NCBI GenBank assembly: GCA_040002695.1
Contig: JBDUEA010000001.1
Coordinates: forward strand, 1-57,751
DNA: 57,751 nt
Source of the DNA: Gemmatimonadota bacterium
Lineage (GTDB): Bacteria; Gemmatimonadota; Gemmatimonadetes; Gemmatimonadales; GWC2-71-9
Direction: 5' to 3'
In this document: positions 43,591-52,657 of the stretch, piece by piece
Layout of the letters: each line of letters starts with the position of its first letter
Position numbering within the stretch: position 1 is the stretch's first letter
Made by a program: the position numbers and the translations under genes
Notes under the pieces: model-generated
The model's database searches: none
What the model saw: only the letters and a program-made list of their open reading frames with translations
Told to the model about the DNA's origin: nothing

Positions 43591-44598
43591 ATGACACCGA
43601 CCGATCTGTTCGCGCAGCAGGCCTCCAACCGCCGGCGATCGTTCTGGCTCATCTCACTGTTCGTGTTGTTCTTCGCCTGGATCGGCTTCGGCGGCGATCT
43701 GGCGCTCTACGTGGGGACCCGGGACGCGCCGCCAGGCGAATACCGGCACCTGGTCCCGTTCTTCGGCATTCTGACTTCACTCGTCGCGGCGGGAATCTGC
43801 TGGTACTCGTGGAAGCAGGGCGCGAGCCGAGTGCTCTGGGCGACCGGGGCGACCGAGCTTACCGAGCCGGCGACGGATGCCGAGAAGCAGCTGGTGAACG
43901 TCGTCGAGGAAATGGCGATCGCGTCGGGCCTTCCAAAGCCCCGGATCTGGATCGTACCGGACGACGATCCGAATGCGTTCGCCACGGGCATCGAGCCCGC
44001 AACGGCCAGCATCGCGGTCACGCGAGGGCTGCTGGGCCTGCTCGATCGTGACGAGCTCCAGGCGGTGATCGCACACGAAATGTCCCACGTGCAGAATTAC
44101 GACACGCGACTGATGACACTCCTCGCGGCGATGGTGGGGGCGATCGCGCTGGTGTCGGATGGGGTCGGGCGAATGCTGCGTGGAGGATTCCGTTCCGGAG
44201 GCCGGAGCAGCGGAGGCCGCAAGGGCGGAAACCCTCTCGCGATCGTGCTGTTCGTGGTCTGGGTCGTGTCGCTGCTCCTGGCACCAGTAGTCTCGCGGCT
44301 GCTCGCGATGGCCGTCAGCCGCAAGCGGGAATATCTCGCTGATGCGACGAGCGCGCAGTTCACCAGGAATCCGATGGCGCTCGCGAGTGCGCTGGAAAAA
44401 CTCGATGCGGCGTCGGCGCCGACGGCGACGATCACCCGCGGGGCCGCGCATCTCTGCATCGTGGACCCGAGTGGATCAAAGCTCTCGGGATTGAGCGGCC
44501 TGGTGGGGGATGTGCTGGCGTCGCATCCACCCATCGCGCAGCGGATCATCAGGCTTCGCGGGATGGGTTATCAGCAGGTCAAGCAGGTATCAGCATGA
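43591..44598 (+). CDS. M48-family zinc metalloprotease (HtpX-like)
   Basis: TM segments, AHEMSHVQNYD (HExxH) and a distal EYLADA glutamate box. Confidence 0.85.
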   Translation: MTPTDLFAQQASNRRRSFWLISLFVLFFAWIGFGGDLALYVGTRDAPPGEYRHLVPFFGILTSLVAAGICWYSWKQGASRVLWATGATELTEPATDAEKQLVNVVEEMAIASGLPKPRIWIVPDDDPNAFATGIEPATASIAVTRGLLGLLDRDELQAVIAHEMSHVQNYDTRLMTLLAAMVGAIALVSDGVGRMLRGGFRSGGRSSGGRKGGNPLAIVLFVVWVVSLLLAPVVSRLLAMAVSRKREYLADATSAQFTRNPMALASALEKLDAASAPTATITRGAAHLCIVDPSGSKLSGLSGLVGDVLASHPPIAQRIIRLRGMGYQQVKQVSA

Positions 44599-46082
44599 CG
44601 CCGAGCGAGGTCTCGGGGGTGCTGATCGCGCTGGGCGCCGTCCTGGGGCTGGGGCTGCTCCTGGGGACGCGCCGAGCGTTGCGTGCCCGGCTTCGGCGTT
44701 CGGCGCGCAAGGCACTGCACCGGTTCGAGGTTCGACTGGAGCGCTACAAGCTCGTCGAACGCGACATCATTCGATCGCAGCTGCTGCAGGATCCCATGAT
44801 ACTCGCCGCGATCGAGCGACACTCGCATGAGCACCACGTGTCGGAGCCCGAGGTCCGCCGACTGGTCAACGAGTATATCGACGAAATCGTTCCGTACTTC
44901 AATGTCCTCTCGTACTACAAGATCGGATACAACATCAGCCGGCTGCTGATCAATCTGCTGTACAAGGCTTCGATCGAATACCGGGATCACGACGCGCTCG
45001 ACCGGATACCGCGGCGGGACATCGTGGTCTACCTGATGAATCACCGGAGCAATGCGGACTACGTCGTGGTGGCGTACGTACTCGCGCGAGTGGTGAGCAT
45101 CAGCTATGCGGTGGGGGAGTGGGCGCGGACCTGGCCGCTCGAATACGTCTTCAAGAGCTTCGGCAGCTACTTCGTGCGGCGACGGTATCGTGAGGAGCTG
45201 TACCACGCGGTGCTCGAGCGGTATGTGCAGCTCATCACGCGGAATGGGATCACGCAGGGGATTTTCCCCGAAGGCGGCCTTACGCGCGATGGGGCGTTGC
45301 AGCCGCCCAAGCTCGGTCTCCTTGACTACATGTTGCGGGTGCTGGACGATCCGGGTTTCGAGCAGGACATCTGGCTGGTGCCCGTGGGCATCAACTACGA
45401 TCGGGTGCTGGAGGATCGCTCGCTGATTCGTGAACGGATCGTCGGCGGACGACGCCTTTCGCGCTGGAGTCAGCTCACCGGGGTCGGCAGCTACCTGATG
45501 CGAAACACCGGGCGCCTGCTGATGGGACGTCTGCAACGTTACGGTCGAGTGGCGGTAAACTTTGGAACGCCGATCTCCGTACGGGCGTGGCTACGAGCAC
45601 AGCCGGAAGGAATCCTGGCGCTCCCGAAGGCGGAACGACTGCCTCATATCGAGCGACTGGCGCACGAGGTGCTGGACCGTATCGGGGCGGTGATCCCGGT
45701 GACTCCGGTCCCGCTGGTCTCCGCGGCGCTGCTTTCATTCGGGACCACGGTGGTGTCGAGGGACCGGCTCCTGGAGCGGATCGACGAACTGCGCGACCGG
45801 CTCACCGAGTTCAATGCCAAGGTAGTGCGGCGAGAACTTCCGGTCTCCGAAGTGTGGGAGCGGGCGTGGCGGATGCTGGACATGCGGCGACTGGTGGTAC
45901 CGCACGGAGATGGGCTGCTGATACTGCCGGCGCAACGCCCGCTGCTCGAGTACTACGCGAATTCGATCCGGCACCTGCTACCTGCCGCGACCAACGTAGC
46001 GCTCTCGCCGGCAGAGGAGCCGGATGGGACGCTGCCAAGGCTCGCAACGCGAGAAGAAGTGGCGGCTGGGAGGAGAAAGTGA
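44595..46082 (+). CDS. Glycerol-3-phosphate / lysophospholipid acyltransferase (PlsB-like LPLAT)
   Basis: NHRSNADY (HX4D box) and IFPEGGLTRDG box. 4-nt overlap with the M48 gene. Confidence 0.75.
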   Translation: MTPSEVSGVLIALGAVLGLGLLLGTRRALRARLRRSARKALHRFEVRLERYKLVERDIIRSQLLQDPMILAAIERHSHEHHVSEPEVRRLVNEYIDEIVPYFNVLSYYKIGYNISRLLINLLYKASIEYRDHDALDRIPRRDIVVYLMNHRSNADYVVVAYVLARVVSISYAVGEWARTWPLEYVFKSFGSYFVRRRYREELYHAVLERYVQLITRNGITQGIFPEGGLTRDGALQPPKLGLLDYMLRVLDDPGFEQDIWLVPVGINYDRVLEDRSLIRERIVGGRRLSRWSQLTGVGSYLMRNTGRLLMGRLQRYGRVAVNFGTPISVRAWLRAQPEGILALPKAERLPHIERLAHEVLDRIGAVIPVTPVPLVSAALLSFGTTVVSRDRLLERIDELRDRLTEFNAKVVRRELPVSEVWERAWRMLDMRRLVVPHGDGLLILPAQRPLLEYYANSIRHLLPAATNVALSPAEEPDGTLPRLATREEVAAGRRK

Positions 46083-46087
46083 AATTA

Positions 46088-46157
46088 GTACTGAGTACTG
46101 AGTACTGAGTACTGGGTGACGAGTGACGAGTTGAAAGTGGTGAGTGCGCTGTGGTGC
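46088..46157. repeat. Ten in-phase heptamers: GTACTGA x3, GTACTGG, GTGACGA x2, GTTGAAA, GTGGTGA, GTGCGCT, GTGGTGC
   Basis: Direct reading. It starts 6 nt after the stop at 46080-46082. It has the same unit types and order as 38-174. Confidence 0.9.
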
Positions 46158-46209
46158 TGACGGCCAGGGCTAAAGCCTGCGGCTAGTCCCTCATTCGAGG
46201 AATGGATCA

Positions 46210-46416
46210 ATGTTCAAGCCGGTGATGCAGGTTGCGGCAACGGGAATCGTGGCGTTCTTCCTCTGGAAGCTTGCGGCGATCCTGCTTCTCCCGTTGCTCG
46301 GAGTCGCAGTGGGAATCGTGGCGTTTCTCATCAAGCTCGCGTTCATGGTAGTGGGAGTGGTGATCGTCGTACTGATCATCCGCTGGCTCGCGGGGCGGGA
46401 GGCTGCGGCGGGGTAG
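46210..46416 (+). CDS. Small hydrophobic membrane protein (68 aa)
   Basis: Two long hydrophobic segments (GIVAFFLWKLAAILLLPLLGVAVGIVAFLIKLAFMVVGVVIVVLII). Confidence 0.5.
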   Translation: MFKPVMQVAATGIVAFFLWKLAAILLLPLLGVAVGIVAFLIKLAFMVVGVVIVVLIIRWLAGREAAAG

Positions 46417-46796
46417 CAGAAACAGAGAACGCTCCGGCGCAAACCGGTGTATTCCTTTTCTTGCTCCATGGAGGAGCAGGTGAAGGATCGTGGCATGGTA
46501 TCTTCATCGGCCTCAGCGTGGTCATCACGCTTTACTCCTTCGCGTCCTACAAGTGGGAAGTCCAGCGGCGTTGGTCGCGACTCCAAAAATGAGGTTGATC
46601 CGATGAGTCGTTCAGCGCATATGGGTACCAGGCTGCCCCGAAGCTGATCCGTCACTCATGGTCGTGTTGTTCGGTGTCCCCCAATCCTGCCGCTGTCCCT
46701 CGATTTTCACGCTCCCCGGCTTTCCGACGCCAACGCTGACTCCGCCGCCGAGCGCGAAGCCTCACCCGGAAAGGTTCGAGCTCCGAGTGCAGGCAC

Positions 46797-48896
46797 TCAG
46801 CGTGGGAAGGCCTCGGGCAATCCGCCATCGACGGTGAGGATATCTCCCGTCGTATACCTGAGCTTGTCGCTCGCGAGCAGGACCGCGATATCGGCGACCG
46901 CTTCCGGCGGGATGAGCGACACACCCATCAGGTTCCGCTTGCGGTAGGTCTCCAGCTGTTCCTCCGGTGTCACGCCGCGGGTCGCGGCGCGTTCCCGGAC
47001 GAATTGGAGGAAGAGCGGCGTCTCGACCTGATCGGCGTTGATCGCGTTGACCCGGATGCCGTCGCCACCGAACTCGACCGCGGCAACGCGGAGTGCCTGC
47101 AGCAGCGCAGCCTTGCTCCCGCCATATGCAACCGCGTCTTTCCCCGGTACCAGCGCGGCCTTGGATACCGAGGCCACGATGGAACCTCCAATGCCCTGGC
47201 GACGCATGATCGTCGCGGCGCGACCGATCGCGGCCACGGCGCCGATGTAGTGCACCTCGAGCTGGCGCTGGAGGTCATCCCGCGTGATCTCGGCGATCGG
47301 CGCGAAGCGGGGCGGACGACCCGCGGTGTAGAAGAGGCAATCGAGTCCACCGAACTCCTGCACCGTCCTCCGAAAGAGCGCATCGAGGCTCGCGTCCTCC
47401 TGGACATCGGTCGCGACACCGATGGCGCGGCCCGGAAACCTCGCGGCGATCTCGTGCGCCACCGCGTCGGCCAGCGCGGAGTCGAGATCTCCCACCACCA
47501 CGTGTGCGCCTTCCTCCGCGAATCGCTCTGCTGCCGCCTTGCCGATGCCACTGCCGCCTCCGATGACCACGACCACGCGACGTGGCAGGAGTTTCGTGGC
47601 GCGATCCTTCGCGACCTGCTCATCCACTTTCCTCCGTTCGAGCGGCCAGTGCTCGAACTCGAAGACGTCCTTTTCGGGGATGAACTCGAAGCGCTCGACC
47701 GACTCGGCGTTCACGATGGCCTCGAGGCCGGCTCGATAGCAGGTGTTGGCGGTGACGGCATTCTTCTTGTCGGTGAATGCCGTGACGATGCCGAGGCCGG
47801 GAACGAGAAGCACCTTGGCCCAGTCATCGAGTGGTTTCTCGCCGGATGCGGCGTGACGCTGATGATAGGTCTCGTACTCGGCGCGTTGCGCGCCGATCTG
47901 CTCGCGGACTTGGGCGACGAGCCGGTCCGCGGGTGCTCCCGGATCCAGGTCGAGCCAGAGCGGTAGACGCCCCGCGCGGAGCAGGTGCTCGGGCGTCGTC
48001 ATGCCCCGACGGACGAGTTCCGGCGTGCGTTCGTGGGACAGCGTCTCCAGCACATCGTCGGCGCCATCGAAATTCAGGATGACGCGTTCGGATTGACTCA
48101 GCGCGCCGCGGATGGCGGGCAGCACGGCATCGGCGAGGCGTTCACGCTGCGCTGTCGACGTCGCGGCACGCGTTACACCACCGAGCACCTTCTTACCGCG
48201 GCGGCAGGTGGCGAGATAGTCGTCGATCTTGCCCACGAGGCGAACGAGGCGCTCAAAGGTCTGTCTGGGATCATCACCGAAGACGACGAGCCCATGATGC
48301 GCCAGCGTGAGTCCGATCGCGCTCGGCGGGATACGATGGACCATTTCACCCACTGAGCGGGCGAGCGGAAAGCCCGGTCGAGTGTAGGGCACGTAGACGA
48401 TCTCACCTTCAAAGAGCTCGGCGACGAGGCGCTCGGCAGTCCCATCGCTCACGTTGGTGAGGCTCATCGTCGCCACGTCGTGAGTGTGGGCGATGACGCG
48501 GTGGGGCAGCAGCGAGTGGAGTGGTGTCTCCACGCTGGGCGCCGGTCCCTCGCGCAGCATGCAACCCGACATGAAGCGCATCATCTCCGCATCGCTCATT
48601 GACGCCGCGGTGCCCAGGGGAGCGAGGCGCGCCAGGGAAAGCCTGGTGAAGCCTTCACGAGAGATGGTGCGGAGGTCGGTGCCGCTGCCCTTGACGAGGA
48701 GGGCTTCGGTTTCGACGCCGCCATCGGCGGGAAGCGTCAGCTTGATGGAGGTGTTGCCGCCCCCAGGCTGGACCAGTCGGGTCTCCTGTCCCAGCAGATG
48801 GGAGAGGTGGACCAAGGCGTTCAGGGGATCGGCGCTGGCCGGGGCACCGAGGTTCCATCGGTCGATGGCGGCCTGCGGAAGGATTGGATTGGTCAT
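46797..48896 (-). CDS. Bifunctional class II aldolase/adducin-domain plus short-chain dehydrogenase protein (rhamnulose-1-phosphate aldolase / lactaldehyde dehydrogenase-like)
   Basis: I prefer the ATG at 48896 (MTNPILPQ...), giving 699 aa. The C-terminal SDR part has VVVIGGGSGIGKAAA and YGGSKAA (YxxxK). The extra 63 N-terminal codons of the track ORF look non-coding. Confidence 0.8.
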   Translation of the reverse strand: MTNPILPQAAIDRWNLGAPASADPLNALVHLSHLLGQETRLVQPGGGNTSIKLTLPADGGVETEALLVKGSGTDLRTISREGFTRLSLARLAPLGTAASMSDAEMMRFMSGCMLREGPAPSVETPLHSLLPHRVIAHTHDVATMSLTNVSDGTAERLVAELFEGEIVYVPYTRPGFPLARSVGEMVHRIPPSAIGLTLAHHGLVVFGDDPRQTFERLVRLVGKIDDYLATCRRGKKVLGGVTRAATSTAQRERLADAVLPAIRGALSQSERVILNFDGADDVLETLSHERTPELVRRGMTTPEHLLRAGRLPLWLDLDPGAPADRLVAQVREQIGAQRAEYETYHQRHAASGEKPLDDWAKVLLVPGLGIVTAFTDKKNAVTANTCYRAGLEAIVNAESVERFEFIPEKDVFEFEHWPLERRKVDEQVAKDRATKLLPRRVVVVIGGGSGIGKAAAERFAEEGAHVVVGDLDSALADAVAHEIAARFPGRAIGVATDVQEDASLDALFRRTVQEFGGLDCLFYTAGRPPRFAPIAEITRDDLQRQLEVHYIGAVAAIGRAATIMRRQGIGGSIVASVSKAALVPGKDAVAYGGSKAALLQALRVAAVEFGGDGIRVNAINADQVETPLFLQFVRERAATRGVTPEEQLETYRKRNLMGVSLIPPEAVADIAVLLASDKLRYTTGDILTVDGGLPEAFPR

Positions 48897-49062
48897 GGCG
48901 GAGGAAGATGCGAGGTTGCCGCTCCGGATGCGAGAGGGTGCCGGCTGATTTCGGTCTGGCAATGCTGGGCCATCGGGAGCATCTTTTCGGCGTGGATTCC
49001 TCTCCGGACAAGCTCCGTTACGCGCGCTCAGGCGGGTATCGCCGCTCAGGGTGGGCGTTGCT

Positions 49063-49176
49063 GGTCGTCGCGAAAGTGACGGCATCGCCGGTCGTCGCTA
49101 AAGCGACGGCTCTGCTGGTGCCGCTGAAGCGACCGGGGGCCAAGGCGGCCCGGCTGGTGTCGCTGAAGCGACGGGG
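49063..49176 (+). repeat. Array of 4 stem-loop units (27, 27, 39, 21 nt): GGTCGTCGC-GAAA-GTGACGG..., GGTCGTCGC-TAAA-GCGACGG..., GGTGCCGC-TGAA-GCGACC..., GGTGTCGC-TGAA-GCGACGGGG
   Basis: Direct reading. Each unit holds a 5-8-bp hairpin with a 4-nt loop. Two units are near-identical to units at 57574-57622. It ends 33-39 nt upstream of the kinase start. Confidence 0.85.
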
Positions 49177-49208
49177 AGGCGGAGCGAAGCGGTCAACAAT
49201 ATGGAGAC

Positions 49209-51791
49209 TTGCCTGTGGCTGAGGCCTTCCACACGCTCGCTGCCGCACTCGCCGACCGCTATCGTCTCGAGCGTGAACTCGGGCAGGGCGGCATGGCGAC
49301 GGTCTACCTCGCCGAAGATCTCAAGCACGGCCGGAAGGTCGCGATCAAGGTGCTGCGGCCGGAACTTGCGGCGGTCATCGGTGCGGAGCGCTTTCTCCGC
49401 GAGATCAAGACGATCGCGACGCTGCAGCATCCGCATATCCTCGGGCTGATTGATAGTGGGCAGGCGGGCGGAGCGGACAGGGCGGACGTGGCGGGCGGGA
49501 AGAGCTTCGTTTACTTCGTGATGCCATTTGTCGAAGGCGAGAGTCTTCGTGACCGGCTGAATCGTGAGAAGCAGCTTCCCATTGCGGAGGCGGTCCGCAT
49601 CGCCACCGAAGTGGCAGGTGCCCTCGATTACGCGCATCGCCACGGTGTGATTCACCGCGACATCAAGCCGGAAAATATCCTGCTTCACGACGGCTCGGCG
49701 CTGGTGGCGGATTTCGGCATCGCACTGGCCGCGGGTACCGACGCTGGGAAGCGGATGACCGAGACCGGCATGTCCCTCGGCACGCCGCAGTACATGAGTC
49801 CCGAGCAGGCCATGGGAGAGCGGACGGTCGACGCCAGGACCGACATCTTCTCGCTGGGCTGCGTACTGTACGAAATGCTGCTCGGAGACCCGCCGTTCGT
49901 CGGCGTGACGGCCCAGGCCATCGTGGCCAGGGTAATGACGGCCGACGCGCCCTCGCTCACCGCGCAGCGCAGGACAGTGCCACCGGCGCTCGACCGTGCG
50001 GTGCATCGCGCGCTCGAACGGCTCCCTGCCGACCGCTTCGACACTGCGGCCGATTTCGCTGCCGCGCTCAAGGACACCTCAGCATCACCGACGTCGTCAC
50101 CGAGTCTCACGCATGGCAGGTCAGCGGTGATTGTCGGCATCGGCCTGGGCCTCGCACTCGCGGTCGGCGGGATGCTGTTTCTACGCGCTGGTGCGCATGC
50201 ATCTCGCGGCGGCACGAACGAAAACCTTCGCATCGTGGCCGTCCTGCCTTTTCGCAACATCTCGCACGATACCGCGCAGCAGTATTTCAGCGCGGGCATG
50301 ACGGAGGAGATCGCGACGCAGCTCTCCCGCGTAGCGGCACTACGGGTACTCGGCCGCGCAGTCACAGCACAGTACGACACGGTCGACAAGAAGCTGGAGC
50401 GGATGGCTCGTGAGCTCGGAGTGGGCAGCGTCGTCGAAGGCAGTGTGCGTCTGGCCGGTGACCGGGTGCGGATCGGCGTGGATCTGACCGATGTGCGTTC
50501 GGGGCAGACGCTCTGGTCGGAACAGTACGACCGGCAGCTCTCGGACCTGTTCGCCGTGCAGGATGACGTCGCGCATCAGGTTGCCGCGGCACTCCAGGCC
50601 ACTCTCACGGCCGCCGAGGAGAAGCGGGTGGCGCGTGTCCCGACCACGAACGTGGAGGCGCACCAGCTGTACCTCCGTGCCCTCGAGCTCGCGGGCCCGC
50701 GCCATTCGGAGAACCTCACCCGATCCGCGCTGCTGCTTCAGGCGATTCATCTCGATCCGCAGTTCGCCGCGGCGTACGCCGACCTCGCCCGCACCTACAT
50801 GTTTCGCAGCTCGGGGGGAGAGCGTGTCTATACGGACTCCGGTTTCATTGCGGCGCGAAAGGCGATCGAGCTCGATTCGGATCTCGCCGAGGGCCACTTT
50901 GCGCTGGCCGACCTGGAAAGCGTGGTCTTCAAGTTTTCGGATGCGCGGCGATCCTACCTGAAGGCATTAGAGCTGAATCCGAGTCACGGCGGCGCCATGG
51001 CCGATCTGGCCAACGTCTACGTGGCGCTGGGCCGGTTTGACGAAGCGCTGGATTGGGCGCTCCGCAATTTCCAGCTCAATCCGAACAGCATCCACGGCCC
51101 GTACCATGTGGGGCTGCCGTTGATCGCGCTGGGAGATGACTCAGCGAGCGCCCGTTTCCTGTTGAGCGCGGAGCAGCGGATGCCGACGGAGCTTCGGGTG
51201 CAGGGCTTGCTCGCGTGGCTCGACATGCGACGCGGCAACACCCAGATCTCGCTCGAACGCTCGCGACGCCTGGTGCGCAACGAGCCCGACAACACCGAGG
51301 GGCCACCCATTCTCGCAGAACTCGCCGTGGTCTCCTCTGCTCCGGACGCCGAAGCGCTCATTGCGCCGCTGGCCACGAAGGACCCCGAGGCAGCGGGGCA
51401 ATACTTCACGGCGTCGCTCCGCTCGCTGTATGCTCTGACGCTGCATCGACGCGGGGATGACAAACTGGCGACCGAGCTCTGGCGGCAGTCGACTGACGCC
51501 GCCCAGCGCAGCGTGACCCGTGGCGACGAGGGTCCTGGCGCCCCCATGGAGCTGGCGGCGATCAACGCGATCGAGGGCCACCCTGTTGAGGCGATGGACT
51601 GGCTGGAGCGTGGGTATCGCGCGGGTTGGCGAGACGCGCGCGTGCTGGAGCTCGATCCCTTCTTTGCCTCGGTGAAGCGGGAGCCGCGTTACCGTGCGGT
51701 GCTCGCGAGCATCACGCAGGATGTAGCCGAAATGCGGAAGCGGGCGAGCGCCGCGCATCCGGAGGTGTTCAGCACTGGAGCGGTGCGATGA
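49209..51791 (+). CDS. Ser/Thr protein kinase with a TM segment, a TolB_N-like domain and TPR repeats
   Basis: Kinase motifs: GQGGMATVYLAEDLKHGRKVAIKVL, HRDIKPENILL, DFGIA, GTPQYMSPEQ. Then a TM segment, RIVAVLPFRNISHDTAQQYFSAGMTEEIATQLSR, and TPR. The likely true start is the GTG at 49215, by alignment with the kinase at 57678. Confidence 0.9.
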   Translation: MPVAEAFHTLAAALADRYRLERELGQGGMATVYLAEDLKHGRKVAIKVLRPELAAVIGAERFLREIKTIATLQHPHILGLIDSGQAGGADRADVAGGKSFVYFVMPFVEGESLRDRLNREKQLPIAEAVRIATEVAGALDYAHRHGVIHRDIKPENILLHDGSALVADFGIALAAGTDAGKRMTETGMSLGTPQYMSPEQAMGERTVDARTDIFSLGCVLYEMLLGDPPFVGVTAQAIVARVMTADAPSLTAQRRTVPPALDRAVHRALERLPADRFDTAADFAAALKDTSASPTSSPSLTHGRSAVIVGIGLGLALAVGGMLFLRAGAHASRGGTNENLRIVAVLPFRNISHDTAQQYFSAGMTEEIATQLSRVAALRVLGRAVTAQYDTVDKKLERMARELGVGSVVEGSVRLAGDRVRIGVDLTDVRSGQTLWSEQYDRQLSDLFAVQDDVAHQVAAALQATLTAAEEKRVARVPTTNVEAHQLYLRALELAGPRHSENLTRSALLLQAIHLDPQFAAAYADLARTYMFRSSGGERVYTDSGFIAARKAIELDSDLAEGHFALADLESVVFKFSDARRSYLKALELNPSHGGAMADLANVYVALGRFDEALDWALRNFQLNPNSIHGPYHVGLPLIALGDDSASARFLLSAEQRMPTELRVQGLLAWLDMRRGNTQISLERSRRLVRNEPDNTEGPPILAELAVVSSAPDAEALIAPLATKDPEAAGQYFTASLRSLYALTLHRRGDDKLATELWRQSTDAAQRSVTRGDEGPGAPMELAAINAIEGHPVEAMDWLERGYRAGWRDARVLELDPFFASVKREPRYRAVLASITQDVAEMRKRASAAHPEVFSTGAVR

Positions 51792-51869
51792 CGGGTCCGG
51801 TCATCAGTTCATTGCCCTATCGCGGTTGGAGACCCCGAGCTCCATATTGAGTTATCGGGAGCCTGCGCA

Positions 51870-52469
51870 ATGTCCTCCTCCGACCTGACATCGTCCTCCT
51901 CGCCACTCCAGGATAAGGCTGCGCCCGCCGACCCGGGAGCGACCGAGGATCTATTCGCCCTTCTCTATAGAGAGTTGCACCTCCTCGCCGAACGGCAGCT
52001 TCGTCGCCAGGGATCCGGGTTCACGCTGGGCACCACCACCCTGCTGCACGAGCTGTATCTGAATCTCGCGGCCCGAACCGCCGTCCACTTTCCCGATCGA
52101 GCTCATTTCCTGGGGTATGCCTCTCGCGCGATGCGCGGTTTGATCATCGACTACGCTCGGCGCCGCTCCGCCGGTAAGCGGGGCGGCGAATTCGTTCTGC
52201 TTTCGCTCGACGAGGAGCATGACCGGCCATCCGGCTACGACGCCCAGGAACTCGAGGCGTTGAGCGACGCGATCGACGCCCTCGCTTCCGTCGATCCAGC
52301 GCTCGCTCAATTGGTGGACCTGCACTTCTTCTGTGGTCTCGATTTCGTGGAGATTGCCAGCCTTCGCGGAGTGGGCGAGCGCACGGTTCAGCGCGAATGG
52401 CGAAAGGCCCGGCTGGTGCTGCACCGTGAGCTGAGTACGGAGACTACTCAGCGCCCCCCCGATGGTTGA
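51870..52469 (+). CDS. ECF sigma factor, TIGR02999 (kinase-associated, ECF43-like) type
   Basis: LYRELHLLAERQLRRQGSGFTLGTTTLLHELYLNL is the family-typical N-terminal region. The region 4 HTH is FVEIASLRGVGERTVQREWRKARLVL. No anti-sigma gene is adjacent. Confidence 0.8.
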   Translation: MSSSDLTSSSSPLQDKAAPADPGATEDLFALLYRELHLLAERQLRRQGSGFTLGTTTLLHELYLNLAARTAVHFPDRAHFLGYASRAMRGLIIDYARRRSAGKRGGEFVLLSLDEEHDRPSGYDAQELEALSDAIDALASVDPALAQLVDLHFFCGLDFVEIASLRGVGERTVQREWRKARLVLHRELSTETTQRPPDG

Positions 52470-52503
52470 TCACGCAATTCTGCTATGCATCCGAATACTT
52501 CGA

Positions 52504-52535
52504 CGGCCCCGCATCCATTGCGGGGCCGTTTCCAT
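52504..52535 (+). terminator. Intrinsic terminator after the ECF sigma gene
   Basis: CGGCCCCGC-ATCCATT-GCGGGGCCG (9-bp stem) followed by TTTCCATTTCC. Confidence 0.65.
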
Positions 52536-52595
52536 TTCCCACCTTGGCGGCTCTGGGCCGGCGAAGACGATAAGCAGTGGACAGGATCTCGACCT

Positions 52596-52617
52596 GGATT
52601 CCGCGAAGGCGGAATCC
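52596..52617 (+). promoter_or_regulatory. Perfect 9-bp hairpin with a GAAG loop in the leader of the lipoprotein gene
   Basis: GGATTCCGC-GAAG-GCGGAATCC, about 40 nt upstream of the ATG at 52658. Confidence 0.4.
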
Positions 52618-52657
52618 GACGGACCCGCGGCAACGACCCCTCGCGCAGGAGCCCAGG

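Noticed and set aside
46461-46592. 43-codon TM-like ORF as a confident gene
   Set aside because: The only start is a TTG without a Shine-Dalgarno, and a possible frameshift is needed to reach an ATG. I reported it only as a low-interest observation.
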